From the NCBI GenBank assembly GCA_964016885.1, contig OZ024757.1, positions 28,892,001-28,956,000 on the forward strand: 64,000 nucleotides of DNA, in the 5' to 3' direction. A program made the translations under genes and the position numbers. Source of the stretch: Eledone cirrhosa (lineage: Eukaryota). Shown here piece after piece: positions 39,268 to 51,661 of the stretch. Positions within the stretch are counted from its first letter, which is position 1, and the number at the start of each line of letters is the position of its first letter. The notes under the pieces are model-generated. The model saw nothing but the letters and a program-made list of their open reading frames with translations. It was not told the origin of the DNA and ran no database searches.

Positions 39268-41110
39268 GTAAGTCCCTTTCTTGTTGTTGTTGCTTTTGTG
39301 GTAGTGGTGGTGGTTGTTGTTGTTGTAGTAGTGGTGGTTGTTGATGATGTTGTTACTGCGCTGTTGTAGTAGCAATTGTTGCTTTTGTAGTGGTAGTGGT
39401 GTTGGTTGTTGTAGCCATGGTAGTGGGTGTAGTAGAAGTAGTTGTAGTGGTGGTGGTAAAGTGGTAGTTGTTGTTGCTGCTGTCATAGTAGTTGTGGTTG
39501 TTGTTGCTGTGTTTGCAGTAGTTGTGTTGTTGTTGTTGTCATCTATGTTGTAGCCATGGTAGTGTCCATAGTCATAGTAGTTGTTGTTGTGGTGGCTGTA
39601 ATGGTGGTTGTGGTTGTAATTGTTGTCGTCATCCTTGTAGAAGTAGATGTATGAGCATGTGCATAGATTGTAAGTGTTTGTGTTGTGTATACATAAGTGT
39701 AGAACTACACATATTCCTTATATATATATATATATATGAAAAGATTCAGGACCCCATCACCTAAGCTGACGAAGGACCGTGACAAATGGAGAGATGCTGT
39801 GCTGAATAGACCCATCCCACCCTTGCAAGCAGGGAAAAACGGCCGTAAAATGATGATAATGATGATATATATAATAATTGTTTCTACTTTTGGCACAAGG
39901 CCAGCAATTATCCCAGCGTATAACTGGTACTTTATTTTATTGACCCCGTAAGGATGAATGGCAAAGTTAACCTCGGCGAGAGTTGAACTCAGACCGTAAA
40001 GGGCCGTAATTCTTTGCTGCAAAGCATTGCATCCGACCCTCTACCGATATTGCCAATCCACCACCCTTTGATATATATAATAATAATAATATAATAATAC
40101 AAGGACGATTTGTTAAGCCTTCATTACGTTTATTGATTGGTGACATGTCTTTCACTATTGATCAACTCAAGCTCTACACCTCACCACTGACATGACCTTA
40201 AACATCGAGTGCTCACCTGGGTGACCCTACAGTAATTTCACACTATACTCCCTGTGTATATATATATATATAAGGTGTCCCGAAAAATGTATACCCACTT
40301 CAACAGCATTCTAATAAATATTGCCTGTACAGGTAATTAAAGTCTGTATACATTTTTTTTAGACACCCTGTATATAGAAAATGTGGGCAGTGGTGGTGTG
40401 GGCGGTTGATTATTTAGAACAATGCTCCTAGATCAATTATCATCGGCTTAATTAGGCTAATGAGGCTAATTATTATAACTAGGCTAATTATTATGAATAA
40501 CCTAATTAATTATCTTCATTGATTTATGAGCATTCTTGCCACTGTAAATTGTAAACATTCCAGATTTTTCCTCCTTCAATTTATGAGTTTTAATCTCATT
40601 TATTTATTTATTAATTCATGGTGGCGAATTTGCAGAGTTTTCAGAAGGTTGGATTACATGGCTCGGTGTTTGGTTTGGTTCATCGAGTTCAAAACCTGCC
40701 AAGGTCAACTTTGCTTTTCGTCCTTTCATCCTTTCTAGGTCGATAAATCAGGTACTAGTCTATATCTCTTTCCCCTTCTCTGTGTTCAGACCTGGAGATG
40801 AATTGTAAGAGCATGGGATTATCTGCCTTGGTGTTTGGTTCAAAACCTGCCATGGTCAAGTTTTCCTTTCATCCTTACGAGGTCAATAAATAAAGTACTA
40901 GTCTAATACTGGGGTTGATTCTTCCTCTATATTTCTTTCCTCTTCTCTGTGTTCAGACCTGGAGAGGAGATGAACTTGCAGAGTTGTTAGAGCATGGGAT
41001 TACATGCCTCGGTGTTTGGTTTGGTTCGGTGAGTTCAAAACCAACCAAGGTCAACTTTGCCTTTCACCTTTCATCCTTACAAGGTCGATAAATAAGGTAC
41101 TATAATATAG

Positions 41111-41150
<40 letters not shown>

Positions 41151-41303
41151 GAGACTCTCATTGACAGCATTTAGCTGTTTTAATGGCTATTCTAGCAATG
41201 AGTTTTCTCATTTTTATATGTATTCAAATACACTCTTACTTCATCTCGATTAGAGACAACATTGCTTTATATATATATATATATATATATAGGAACCAGT
41301 AAG

Positions 41304-41397
41304 ACCCCGACAGCTGAGCTCAAGCCGTTTCGACGGCTAATTCTGGACTAAATGAAAATTTATCCTGGTATTTAAATAGCCGATCTTCTCAAGGGGT
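41304..41397 (-). ncRNA. Type I hammerhead ribozyme, U3:A8 core variant with GUC site
   Basis: Minus strand: acccc UUGAGAA gaucggcua..uagccguc GAAA cggc uugagcuca gcug UC ggggu; all three helices pair. Confidence 0.8.
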
Positions 41398-42054
41398 AAT
41401 TCCATATATGGTCAAAGTGATTGTCAAAAATCAGTAGTAATTCTGTGGTTGCAAATTAGTAGGGGAGATGGTGGCTAAACCTGCCAGTAGGAGAAAGAGG
41501 GGAGGGGGTGGAGTAGACCCAATCAAGCGTTGGTAGTGCCAGCTACAGCTGGGCATGAGGTCAAAGAAGATACAGGGGAGGGGGAGGGGGAGGAAGTCGG
41601 AACGGTAGGTAGAACAATGGAGGGTAGAAATAGGAAAGAAAAAATACTGAGAGTGAAGAAAAGCAAATAAGTGTAAAGAAAAAGAAAAAGTAAAGTAAAT
41701 TAAATTCAACGACCTAGGTGTCAGGCTATTGTTAGGCGAGAATAAAATAAAGAAAGAAAGAAAGAAGTAAATAAATAAATAAATAAATAAATAAGGAAAT
41801 AAGTAAGAGAACTAGGTGGGACGAATAAGGCAAGGACCCTTTTAAGAGGTATAAGTACGTAAATGATACGGTGACGGGTCAACAAAAGGGGCCAAAATAC
41901 TAAAGAGACTACCACGAAATAAACAATAAAGGTTTATATATATATATATATATATATAAGCAAGACAAGGTCACCCAACCGGGCACTGCCCACAACAGGA
42001 CAACCCATCTAACCCATGCTAGCGTGCAAGAATGTATGTAAAACGGTGATAATG

Positions 42055-42093
<39 letters not shown>

Positions 42094-42251
42094 ATACTTT
42101 GGGAGGGTCATGTTGCCAATAAGAAACACACGCACCAGTTGCTTTCACTTCAATTTATTATATATTTATAAATTTATAAATTTACAAATCTACAAACTTA
42201 TAAATTTCTGGTTGGTTGGTTGGTTCCACAACCAGATAGTTGTTTATATAT

Positions 42252-42296
42252 AGTCATAGTCCTTTCGTCACACACTCTGTGACCTCTTCAGTGACT
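42252..42296 (-). ncRNA. Minimal type I hammerhead (left arm of 242-bp inverted repeat)
   Basis: Reverse complement of 42624-42668. Confidence 0.78.
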
Positions 42297-42623
42297 GGGG
42301 ATTCCTTTCTTTGTTTCTGTGCCTTTCCTTTCTTCTATCCTATGCCATTTTGTTTCTGTGTGTGTGTTGTGTGCTCAGTTTGCGCATGCGCCACATCCGG
42401 GTGTCTGTGTGTGTTTGTGTTCATTTATCTATTTGTTTATTTATTTATTTATTTATTGTTGGTTGGTTGTTTGTTCTATGTGTGTGTGTGTTTTCATTTT
42501 GTCCTGTGTGTGTTTTCATTTTGTCCTTAATTGTAAGTTGTTTGTTCTATGTGTGTGTGTGTTTTCATTTTGTCCTGTGTGTGTTTTCATTTGAAAGGCA
42601 CAGAAACAAAGAAAGGAATCCCC

Positions 42624-42668
42624 AGTCACTGAAGAGGTCACAGAGTGTGTGACGAAAGGACTATGACT
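42624..42668 (+). ncRNA. Minimal type I hammerhead (right arm of 242-bp inverted repeat)
   Basis: aguca CUGAAGA g gucaca gagug ugugac GAAA ggac UA ugacu; extra nt after A9 and minimal helix III, as in Penelope hammerheads. Confidence 0.78.
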
Positions 42669-43076
42669 ATATATAAACAACTATCTGGTTGTGGAACCAA
42701 CCAACCAACCAGAAATTTATAAGTTTGTAGATTTGTAAATTTATAAATTTATAAATATATAATAAATTGAAGTGAAAGCAACTGGTGCGTGTGTTTCTTA
42801 TTGGCAACATGACCCTCCCAAAGTATAACAATATCGGTTTCAACACACGATTTCAGATAAAGAATCTTGCTAAACAAATTCAGAAACGAAATATATATAT
42901 ATAGTTATGTAATAAACAACATAAGGCAATTATTTCATTTACCAGTGGTTTATATATATATATTGTCTAACCTAGAAATGATGATCAATTTTAATTAAGA
43001 AGATAATTTGTTGGTTAATTGCTAATTTAATTAATCAAATTATTTGTATATCTTTCTTTATATCTTTTCCATACAG

Positions 43077-44071
43077 TGTGCCATAGACAAGAAAAACCAG
43101 TGGTTGTATGTTTACTGGAACTTGCAAGAATTGGATACAAATTTGGGATGGAATCACCGAGTATTATCAACATCGAAAAAGAAATTGAACAAGAGGAAAG
43201 CGAGTTGGCCTCTCAGATCAACGAAGATGAAATCCAGAACCTCAACGAAATGGGCAGCCTGAAATTAGCCATGGAGTCGGTGGCCACACAAGTAAGCAGG
43301 ACGTCTTCAATGGAAACGAATACAGGAGCGGCCAACCAAAACGAGGCTTCCGAAAATGAAGCAGCAGGCAGTCGTAAGACGACTGCTGATGGCGGAGAAG
43401 AAGCAGATGATGAGAGGGAAGGTGATGCTGAAGGGGAAATAAAACACCACGGTCAAAGAAGGGTCATTTCTGTGACTAAGAGCGAAGAGAAAATGCATGA
43501 GGTGCCGATTCAGAAGCACAAACAAAGCAGTCGCTCCATGTCGGAAAATGAGAGTGACAGAAGATGTCACAGCATCAATGGTGAGAGAGAGGAGGATAAG
43601 AAAGAGGAGAAGAAGGAAGAAGAAGAAAAAGAAGAAGAAGAAGAAGAAGAAGAAGAAGAGAAGGAAGAGGGCGAGGACGGTGGAGAAGAGGAAGGGGAAG
43701 AAGGAGAGGGAGAAGAGACCGCAGAGAAGGACGACGGGAAAGATTCGATGATGCTGAACGGAGAGGACGACTTTACGCAGTCGAACGAAGGCATCGTGTC
43801 GGAAAGAGAGGAAGAAGGCGATGAGGACGAACAGGACACAAACGCCAGCCACGCCACCGAGAGCACGTCAGCGTATGAAGAGGAATGTAACACGAGACTT
43901 AACTGTACGCTGGAGGACATTGAGGAGAATGATACCGAAGCTGACAGCACCGATGCTAAAACACCAAGCAGTCCCATGAGGAACGACGTTGGTGGGCAGT
44001 TTCACAGGAAGGCCCTCAATACTCCGCAAGCTCGCATAGACAACATCAAAGCCAGACAACTTGACAAAAAG
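43077..44071 (+). CDS. GAS2: GAS2-family protein, coding exon 4 (end of CH domain, long acidic linker, start of GAR)
   Basis: atacag acceptor; (V)CHRQEKPVVVCLLELARIG...IEKEIEQEE, then an E/D-rich linker ending RQLDKK; donor AAG|gtaatg; 995 nt open; phase 1 to 0. Confidence 0.9.
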
Positions 44072-44322
44072 GTAATGTGGTTCACTTATCTGTTTTTGTT
44101 GATGCTGTTCCACCTATTTTGCTTTTTTTGACAAAAGACTAAGCCACTGCTGGGTTCAATACTTATCTTGCTATGAAACACTGTCATTGCGACCTTGGGC
44201 CAGTACTCGACACAGTGCAGTGCATGTATTATTAACAAAAGGGGCCGAAGCCTCGCACCTCATATTAAGTGCTAGTTACTCTGCCCATAGCAAATGCGGT
44301 GAATGTTTATTATTACACACAG

Positions 44323-44516
44323 AGGGTGGTGGATTGGCAGTATCGGTAGAGAGTCGGACACCATGCTTTTCAGCACAGAGTTACGGCCCTTTATGATCTG
44401 AGTTCAAATCCCGCCGAAGTTAACTTTGCCTTTCATCCTTACAGGGTCGATAAAATAAAGTACCAGTAATGTACTGGGTAATTGCTGGCCTTGTGCCTAT
44501 ATAAGAAACGATTATT
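44323..44516 (+). mobile_element. Full-length tRNA-headed SINE (Meta-domain-like core); more than 20 copies or fragments in the window, e.g. 10391, 14345, 14540, 14760, 16201, 20469, 25610, 29280, 29448, 30313, 33025, 39874, 45973, 46366, 49105, 53126
   Basis: A-box TGGCAGTATCGGTAGA, B-box GAGTTCAAATCCC, core AACTTTGCCTTTCATCCTT..GGTCGATAAA, (ATT)n tail; 20-bp direct repeat at 44309-44328 and 44511-44530. Confidence 0.88.
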
Positions 44517-44626
44517 ACACACAGAGGGTGTACTACAAGCCTTTTTTTTATTGAGGAAAGGCTTAAGGCTTTGCATGGAGCCAATCCCACTCTCTGAAAC
44601 ACATCAACACATCATATTCCTTTTAA

Positions 44627-44846
44627 CCCTTTCATGACTGCATTTCTAACAAAACATGCCCTATTTTAATTAATTAATTTGGGGGGATTTACTAAAATTA
44701 TTATTTCATTACTAAGGTAATAACTTAATGTAAGGTTCTTATATAAAATTATGTTGGGAGATTTTAATTTAAATTGGAAATCTTTAAATCAGTGGTTTTA
44801 TTTCATAGAACCAGAGCTGGTTTGGGCCAGGTTGGTAACTAAGGGG
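44627..44846. mobile_element. Second piggyBac-type MITE family
   Basis: TTAA-CCCTT...AAGGGG-TTAA ends; related sequence surrounds the 6625-7410 array. Confidence 0.7.
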
Positions 44847-45937
44847 TTAAGGCTTATTTCTTTAAACTGATTCACAGAACCTAAAACATTAGGGGATCCC
44901 CTTGTCATGGCTGTAAGGCTTTTGATGTTGGAAACTGCTGTATTGAGGCTCACCAGGGGATAATAATGACTGGATAGGTGGTGGTGGTGGTAGTATTGGC
45001 AATTGGTGTAATGGTAGTGGTGGTGGTGGTAGTAGTAGTGGCAGTTTGTATGATGCTGGTGGTGATAGTAGTGGTAGTTGGTATGATGGTGGTGATGATG
45101 AAGGTGGTAGTAATGGTGATGATGATGATGGTGGTGATGGTGGTGGTGGTGATGATGGTGGTGGTGGTAGTAATGGAGGTGATGATGGTAGTGAGAGTGG
45201 GTAGTGATGGTGATGGTAGTGAGGGTAGTGGTGAGGGTGGTAGTTGATGGTGGTGATGGTGGTGGTGATGATGATGGTGGTGGTAGTAATGGAGGTGATG
45301 ATGGTAGTGAGAGTGGGTAGTGATGGTGATGGTAGTGAGGGTAGTGGTGAGGGTGGTAGTTGATGGTGATGATGAGAGGGCGGTGTTAATGGTGACAGCA
45401 GTGGTGGCAATGATGGTGGCAGCGATGGTGATGAATATGAGTGGGGTAGCAATGGAGGTAGTGCTGATGATGAGGGTGGTAGTGAATAGGGTGGCAATGA
45501 TGATGGTAGTGGTAGGGTGGAGGGCAAGAAAGGTTTAAGACAAAGCAGACACAAATCATTTCTGTTAATTAAGGGGAGTTAGTCAAGGTTCCATCATGTC
45601 TTATCTGTAATTATATCTCTTCCTTTGAAACATCTGAATGTCTTTTATTTCAAACGTTTAAATATGACGAATTGAAGGAATTGAACGTTAATGAAATGTT
45701 GTTTCATTGTAGAGGAGTTCCTTGTGATGAAAGGTGCGGTAGGTGTGGTGGTGGTGGTGGTGGTGGGGAGTTGTGGGTATGGTGGGAGTTGTGGGAGTGG
45801 TGGGAGTTGTGGGAGTGGTGGGAGTTGTGGGAATGGAGATGGTTGCGGGAATGGTGCTATTGTAGTTGGTAGTGGTGTTATATATATATATATATAGTAT
45901 GTGTATATTAATATATATATATATAGTGTATATATAT

Positions 45938-45974
<37 letters not shown>

Positions 45975-46210
45975 ATTGTTTCTACTTTAGGCACAAGGCC
46001 AGCAATTACCCAGTGCATTACTGGTACTTTATTTTATCGACCCCATAAGGATGAAAGGCAAAGTCAACCTCGGCGGGATTTGAACTCAGATCGTAAAGGG
46101 ACGTAACTATGCTGGAAAGCATGGCGTCCGACCCTCTACCGATACTGCCAGAAGATCCCGTTAAGGGTGAAAGCAGTGATTCTTTGCTTAAACTTTAATC
46201 TGTTATTTTA

Positions 46211-46267
<57 letters not shown>

Positions 46268-47117
46268 ATATACATATATATAAATATAATGTCTATATAA
46301 ATAGCATATATATATATATTCTATACATATATATAATCATATATATAAAATATGTCTATATTAATAGGCAGTATCGGTAGAGGGTCGGACGCCATGCTTT
46401 GACGCATAGAGTTACGGCCCTTTATATTCTGAGTTCAAATCCCACCGAGGTTAACTTTGCCTTTCATCCTTACGGGGTCGATAAAATAAAGTACCCGTAA
46501 TACACTGGGTAATTGCTGGCCGTGTGCCAATAGTAGAAACAATTAATAGTATGAATATAAAAGATTTCTATATTTAATAGTATATATATATAAAATATTA
46601 TACATAAAATATATTTTATTTATATATATATATACACACACACACACACATATATATATGCGTGTATCTGTGTGTATATAAAATTTATATATATATATAT
46701 ACAATCTATATAATATATATATATTATATTATATATATAATATATATACAGTGCCAGATTTACCATTGTGTTTAGGTGCGCTTAAGCCCAGGTCCCCATT
46801 GGCTGGGAGGGGGCGGGGGGAATCTTCCTGCATGTATGCCTAACTGCTTGTGTAGGTCTACAGGGCCCGAGTAAGGGGCCTCATAACTTAACTCACACAG
46901 GGCCTCATTTATCCTACATCTGGTACTTCCACACACATGCATACACTTATATTAAGTTTATTTTCTATAAATTCTTCAAATTAACAAACCTGCATCTCTG
47001 ATGTTTCCCTCCAAACTAAAAATTAAAAAAAAATTAATAAAGCCCTTTGCTACTCTCAGCCCTACCACTGCTAACTACTAAATTTCTACATTTTAACCCT
47101 GTATTTATACATTTTAA

Positions 47118-47336
47118 CCCTTTAGCATTTAAACCACTCAGATCTGGCCAGAATTCTCTCACCTCTTTCTGTTCAAACCAGCTGTAACCAGCTGCTCATA
47201 CTGGCGTTAAGGTATTGTTCTCAAAATAAATAATAACAAAATCTCATAGATTCAATATTAAGTGAGATATTTTGTAAGATAAAGCCTTTTCACAAAAATA
47301 TAATAGTATATATAAAGTAGTGCAAATGCTAAAGGG
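47118..47336. mobile_element. piggyBac-type MITE; partial copy at 6135-6270
   Basis: Perfect 13-bp TIR CCCTTTAGCATTT flanked by TTAA on both sides. Confidence 0.88.
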
Positions 47337-47339
47337 TTA

Positions 47340-47540
47340 ACAATCTCTCCTCACTACTAAATACCCTGTATTTTTACATTTTAATACAGAATATTTCCTC
47401 ACTACTAAATACCCTGTATTTTTACATTTTAATACAGAATCTTTCCTCAATACTAAATACCCTGTATTTTTACATTTTAACACAGAATCTTTCCTCAATA
47501 CTAAATACCCTGTCTTTCTACATTTTAACACAGAATCTCA
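47340..47540. repeat. 48-bp tandem repeat, ~4 copies
   Basis: actactaaataccctgtatttttacattttaa.acagaatc. Confidence 0.85.
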
Positions 47541-47610
47541 CCAGGTTTGGTATTGAAGATGGCCACGTAGCATCAAGTTTTATTACTTAAAGCATGTTTT
47601 CCTGTTTCAG

Positions 47611-47706
47611 GTGAAATCTGTTGCATCACTGCATCATGTTAGTGATCAAGTTTGTCAATTATCTGAAGGCAAATATTCTATTTTTGGACGAGTTGTCTTC
47701 ATTCGG
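47611..47706 (+). CDS. GAS2: GAS2-family protein, coding exon 5 (GAR domain, N-half)
   Basis: tttcag acceptor; VKSVASLHHVSDQVCQLSEGKYSIFGRVVFIR has the L.EGKY..G...FIR motif; donor CGG|gtaaga; 96 nt; phase 0 to 0. Confidence 0.92.
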
Positions 47707-48557
47707 GTAAGAAATTGCAAAACCATAAGATGAAAAAAAAAAAAAAAAAAAAGAAAGACCAACATCACTCTCTTTTTCCCCCTCAAAAGAAAAAAAAAAA
47801 ATTTTATTTTAAATAGTTGAAACTTGGATTTCCAGGCATGCATTTCTATTGGTGATGACATTTTTTATTCTAAGGGGTATCTAGATTAGTCTAAAGCAGA
47901 GGTTCTCAAACAGTTTGGGCCACTGTGCCCTTCATGGCCACATAATACCCTCAGCACTCCCCAACCCTATTTCCAGAGAGACCTACCTACACGCAAATTG
48001 TAAATAATATATAATAAATATAATCGTTAATTTTTATATAATAAATATTATATATTTTTTATTTTACTATATTTATATATAATATATATCATTTGATATT
48101 TAATATACTATTATATCATCTCTATCACCACCCGCTGGACCTTCTCAATGCCCCCTGGGGTGGATCTTGTTAAAGATATATATATATACACACACACACA
48201 CATTTCATCTTCTAGAGTCAACCAGTTATATATATATATTTATAAAGTAACGAAATGGCAAAGTCATTAAGACATCAGATAGAATGTTTTACGGTCTGAG
48301 TTCAAATCCCACCGTGGTCAACTTTGCCTTTCATACTTTCAAGGTCGATAAAAGAAGTACCAGTCTAGTACTGGGGTTGATTCTTCCTCGATAGAAAAAA
48401 TCGGCAGTGTTTAGACCTGGAGAGGGTTGGGCTCTGTCAGGTTTAAAAGTACCCTAGACACCCCGTAGGACAGTGCCTCTATCTTTATCCTTATATATAT
48501 CTATATTATAAAGAAGGGAGACGATTTTAAATGTACATCCTCTGTTTATTATATAAT

Positions 48558-48628
48558 CCTGTTATACATATTTCGAAGACATCAAAGTGGTTGCATAATA
48601 ACCCTTAGACATGTTCTCTTCAGACAGA
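48558..48628 (-). ncRNA. Type I hammerhead ribozyme motif (long helix II class), intact core
   Basis: Minus strand: ucugu CUGAAGA gaacauguc..gaugucuuc GAAA uaugua UA acagg; G10.1-C11.1 retained. Confidence 0.8.
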
Positions 48629-48862
48629 TGGAAAGTTGTGGTGTTTTAGTTTTTGATATGCTACAGGAGTTATTAACATTGTGGTAACATTTCCAATATT
48701 GACACTCGGGTTGATATCTTATTGATAACATTTTAAGGAATACAAATCATAGAGTGTTTTAAGTCTGTTTACAACAAAAATCGATGTATTATCTGATCAA
48801 CCAACTTTCCTAAATTGAATAATAATAATATATATATATATATATATGCTATTAGTATGGAT

Positions 48863-48920
48863 TAAAGTTTAAGCAAAGAATCGCTGCTTTCACCCTATTA
48901 TGGGATCTTCTGAAACTTTA
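48863..48920 (-). ncRNA. Hammerhead-like fold with CAGAAGA variant core (related copies 46149-46198 + and 59816-59870 +)
   Basis: Minus strand: uaaaguuu CAGAAGA ucccauaauagggu GAAA gcagcgauucuuugc UU aaacuuua; 8-bp helix I and 5-bp helix III. Confidence 0.6.
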
Positions 48921-49921
48921 TTATATATATATATAAACAATCCTTATCTAGCCTTCTTCAGATTTTGGTGTTCATAATTATTATTACTATATATATATAT
49001 AATAATAAGTTAGGTAATAGGGAAAATGAAAAATACAACCAGAGGCATTTTTCCATCTTAATACTACAACAAGGAAAAATACAGACAAGTTAAAGACTTC
49101 GGTTATGGTGAATTGGCAGTATTGGTAGAAGGTCAGACATGCTTTCCAGCGTAGTTACGCCCCTTTACGATCTGAGTTCAAATCCTGCCGAGGTTAACTT
49201 TGCCTTTCATCCTTACGGGGATCGATAAAATAAAGTACCAGTAATACACTGGGTAATTGCTGGCCTTGTGCCTAAAGTAGAAACAATTATTATATATATA
49301 TATATACATATACAGCATGGAGTTTTAAAGGTTGGTTTTTATAAGAAATGTGAAGTGGTAGCAATAATGCCTTCTTTCCTTTCCAAAGGTCATGAAATTT
49401 TAAAAATTATGTTAAGTGTTGCCATAAAATGCATGCCTAAGTATTTAGAAACTAATTAATTATAATAATATTAATATTAACTCCTGTTAATTTTGTTTGT
49501 TTTCTCAACTATTTTGCTGCTGCTGTTGTTGTTGTTGCTGATTGCATTGTTGTTTCACTACATAGCCTAGAGATCAATGTTTTCTCTCCCTCTCACCCTC
49601 TCTTGTTCTTTCTCCTCTCTATTTACCCTGCCATTGCCTTTTCTGTATCTATCTCTCTCTCTCTTTCCTGATGATTTCTTTTGAATGAAACAATTCTAGT
49701 CTAGTAGAAGCCATTTCTATATCAAACATGAGATATATATATATATATATATATGCTATATATATATATATATTTATATATATGTGTGTGTGTGTGTGTG
49801 TTTATATATATATATACATATATATATATGTATATTTATATATATATACACATATATTTATATATATATATGTGTGTGTGTGTTTATATATATATATATA
49901 CATGTGTATATATATATATAC

Positions 49922-49960
<39 letters not shown>

Positions 49961-50050
49961 TATGTATATATATTTATGTGTATATATATATGTATATATA
50001 TTTATATATATGTATATACATATATTTATATATATATATGTATATATATT

Positions 50051-50133
<83 letters not shown>

Positions 50134-50836
50134 ACATATATTTATATATATATATGTATATATATATGTATATATATTTATATATATATGTATATATATT
50201 TATATATATATATACATATATTTATATATATATATGTATATATATATGTATATATATTTATATATATATATACATATATTTATATATATGTATATATATT
50301 TATATATATATATATATATACATATATTTATATATATGTATATATATTTATATATATATATATATATACATATATTTATATATATGTATATATATTTATA
50401 TATATATATATATATACATATATTTATATATATGTATATATATTTATATATATACATATATTTATATATATGTATATATATTTATATATATATATATATA
50501 CATATATTTATATATATGTATATATATTTATATATATATATATATACATATATTTATATATATGTATATATATTTATATATATATATATACATATATTTA
50601 TATATATGTATATATATTTATATATATATATATACATATATTTATATATATATACATATATTTATATATATATATACATATATTCATATATATATTCATA
50701 TATATATTCATATATATATACATATATTCATATATACATATATTCATATATATATGTATATATATGTATATATATATATATATGCATACATATATATATA
50801 TATATATATATATGCATACATATATATATATATGCA

Positions 50837-50885
<49 letters not shown>

Positions 50886-51128
50886 TAGAAAGTGAGGTTT
50901 TTTTTACAAAATGAAAAATAACTGAGATGTCCTACACGAGTGAAAGTATAAAGAAAAACAGATGAAATCGAAAATGCAACTGGCGTCTTATTTAAAAAAA
51001 TATATATATTTATTTGGTTCCTTTACCGGTTTTGCAGTTCTTCTGCTTTTCAAAAGTAGAGTTGAGATGGAGGGTTTGTGGTTTTCCTCACACACATATA
51101 TATATATATGCATACATATATATATATG

Positions 51129-51159
<31 letters not shown>

Positions 51160-51661
51160 CTGTTTATCTATCTATCTCTCTATCTATTAAAAACAATAAA
51201 CCCTAAACATTTTCCCTGCTTCTCTCTTTTGCTTCACTAATCAGAAACTTTATAGCTATATGCACTCTTTGGTGCAGTTGCAGTTGTTATTGCAATGGTT
51301 GCTTAATCTCTGTATTGCTCTTGTTATTGTTGTTGTTAAGACCAACATACATATCACTGAATTCTTTGTTGTTATTGTTATTGCAGTGGTTGTTGTTGTT
51401 GTTGTTATTGCAGTGGTTGATGTTGCTGTTGTTAAAATCAGTATACATAATAATAATATCACTGGACACATTGTGATTCTTATTGCATTTGCTGTTGCTG
51501 TTGCTGTTGTTGTTGTTGTTGAATTTGCCATTGCTCCTGTTTTTGTTGTTGTTGTTTCGTGCAAGGGCCACTTTTTAACAGTTCTTCTGTTGTCCGTGAT
51601 GGGGAATGTGTGGATGGTGATGTGGTTGATGTTGGAGATGATAATTGTGATGAAAGAGGTC

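Larger units (their letters stand above)
42086..42892. mobile_element. Young Penelope-like element with inverted pseudo-LTRs (42086-42327 and 42593-42834) and a 3' extension
   Basis: 242-bp arms identical by eye; 265-bp spacer; hammerhead and AATAAA in each arm; (TA)n on both flanks; older copy at 60032-60262. Confidence 0.8.

Noticed and set aside
45765-45850. G-quadruplex-capable GGGAGT(G/T)GT repeats
   Set aside because: Short simple repeat in a repeat-rich intron with nothing to suggest function
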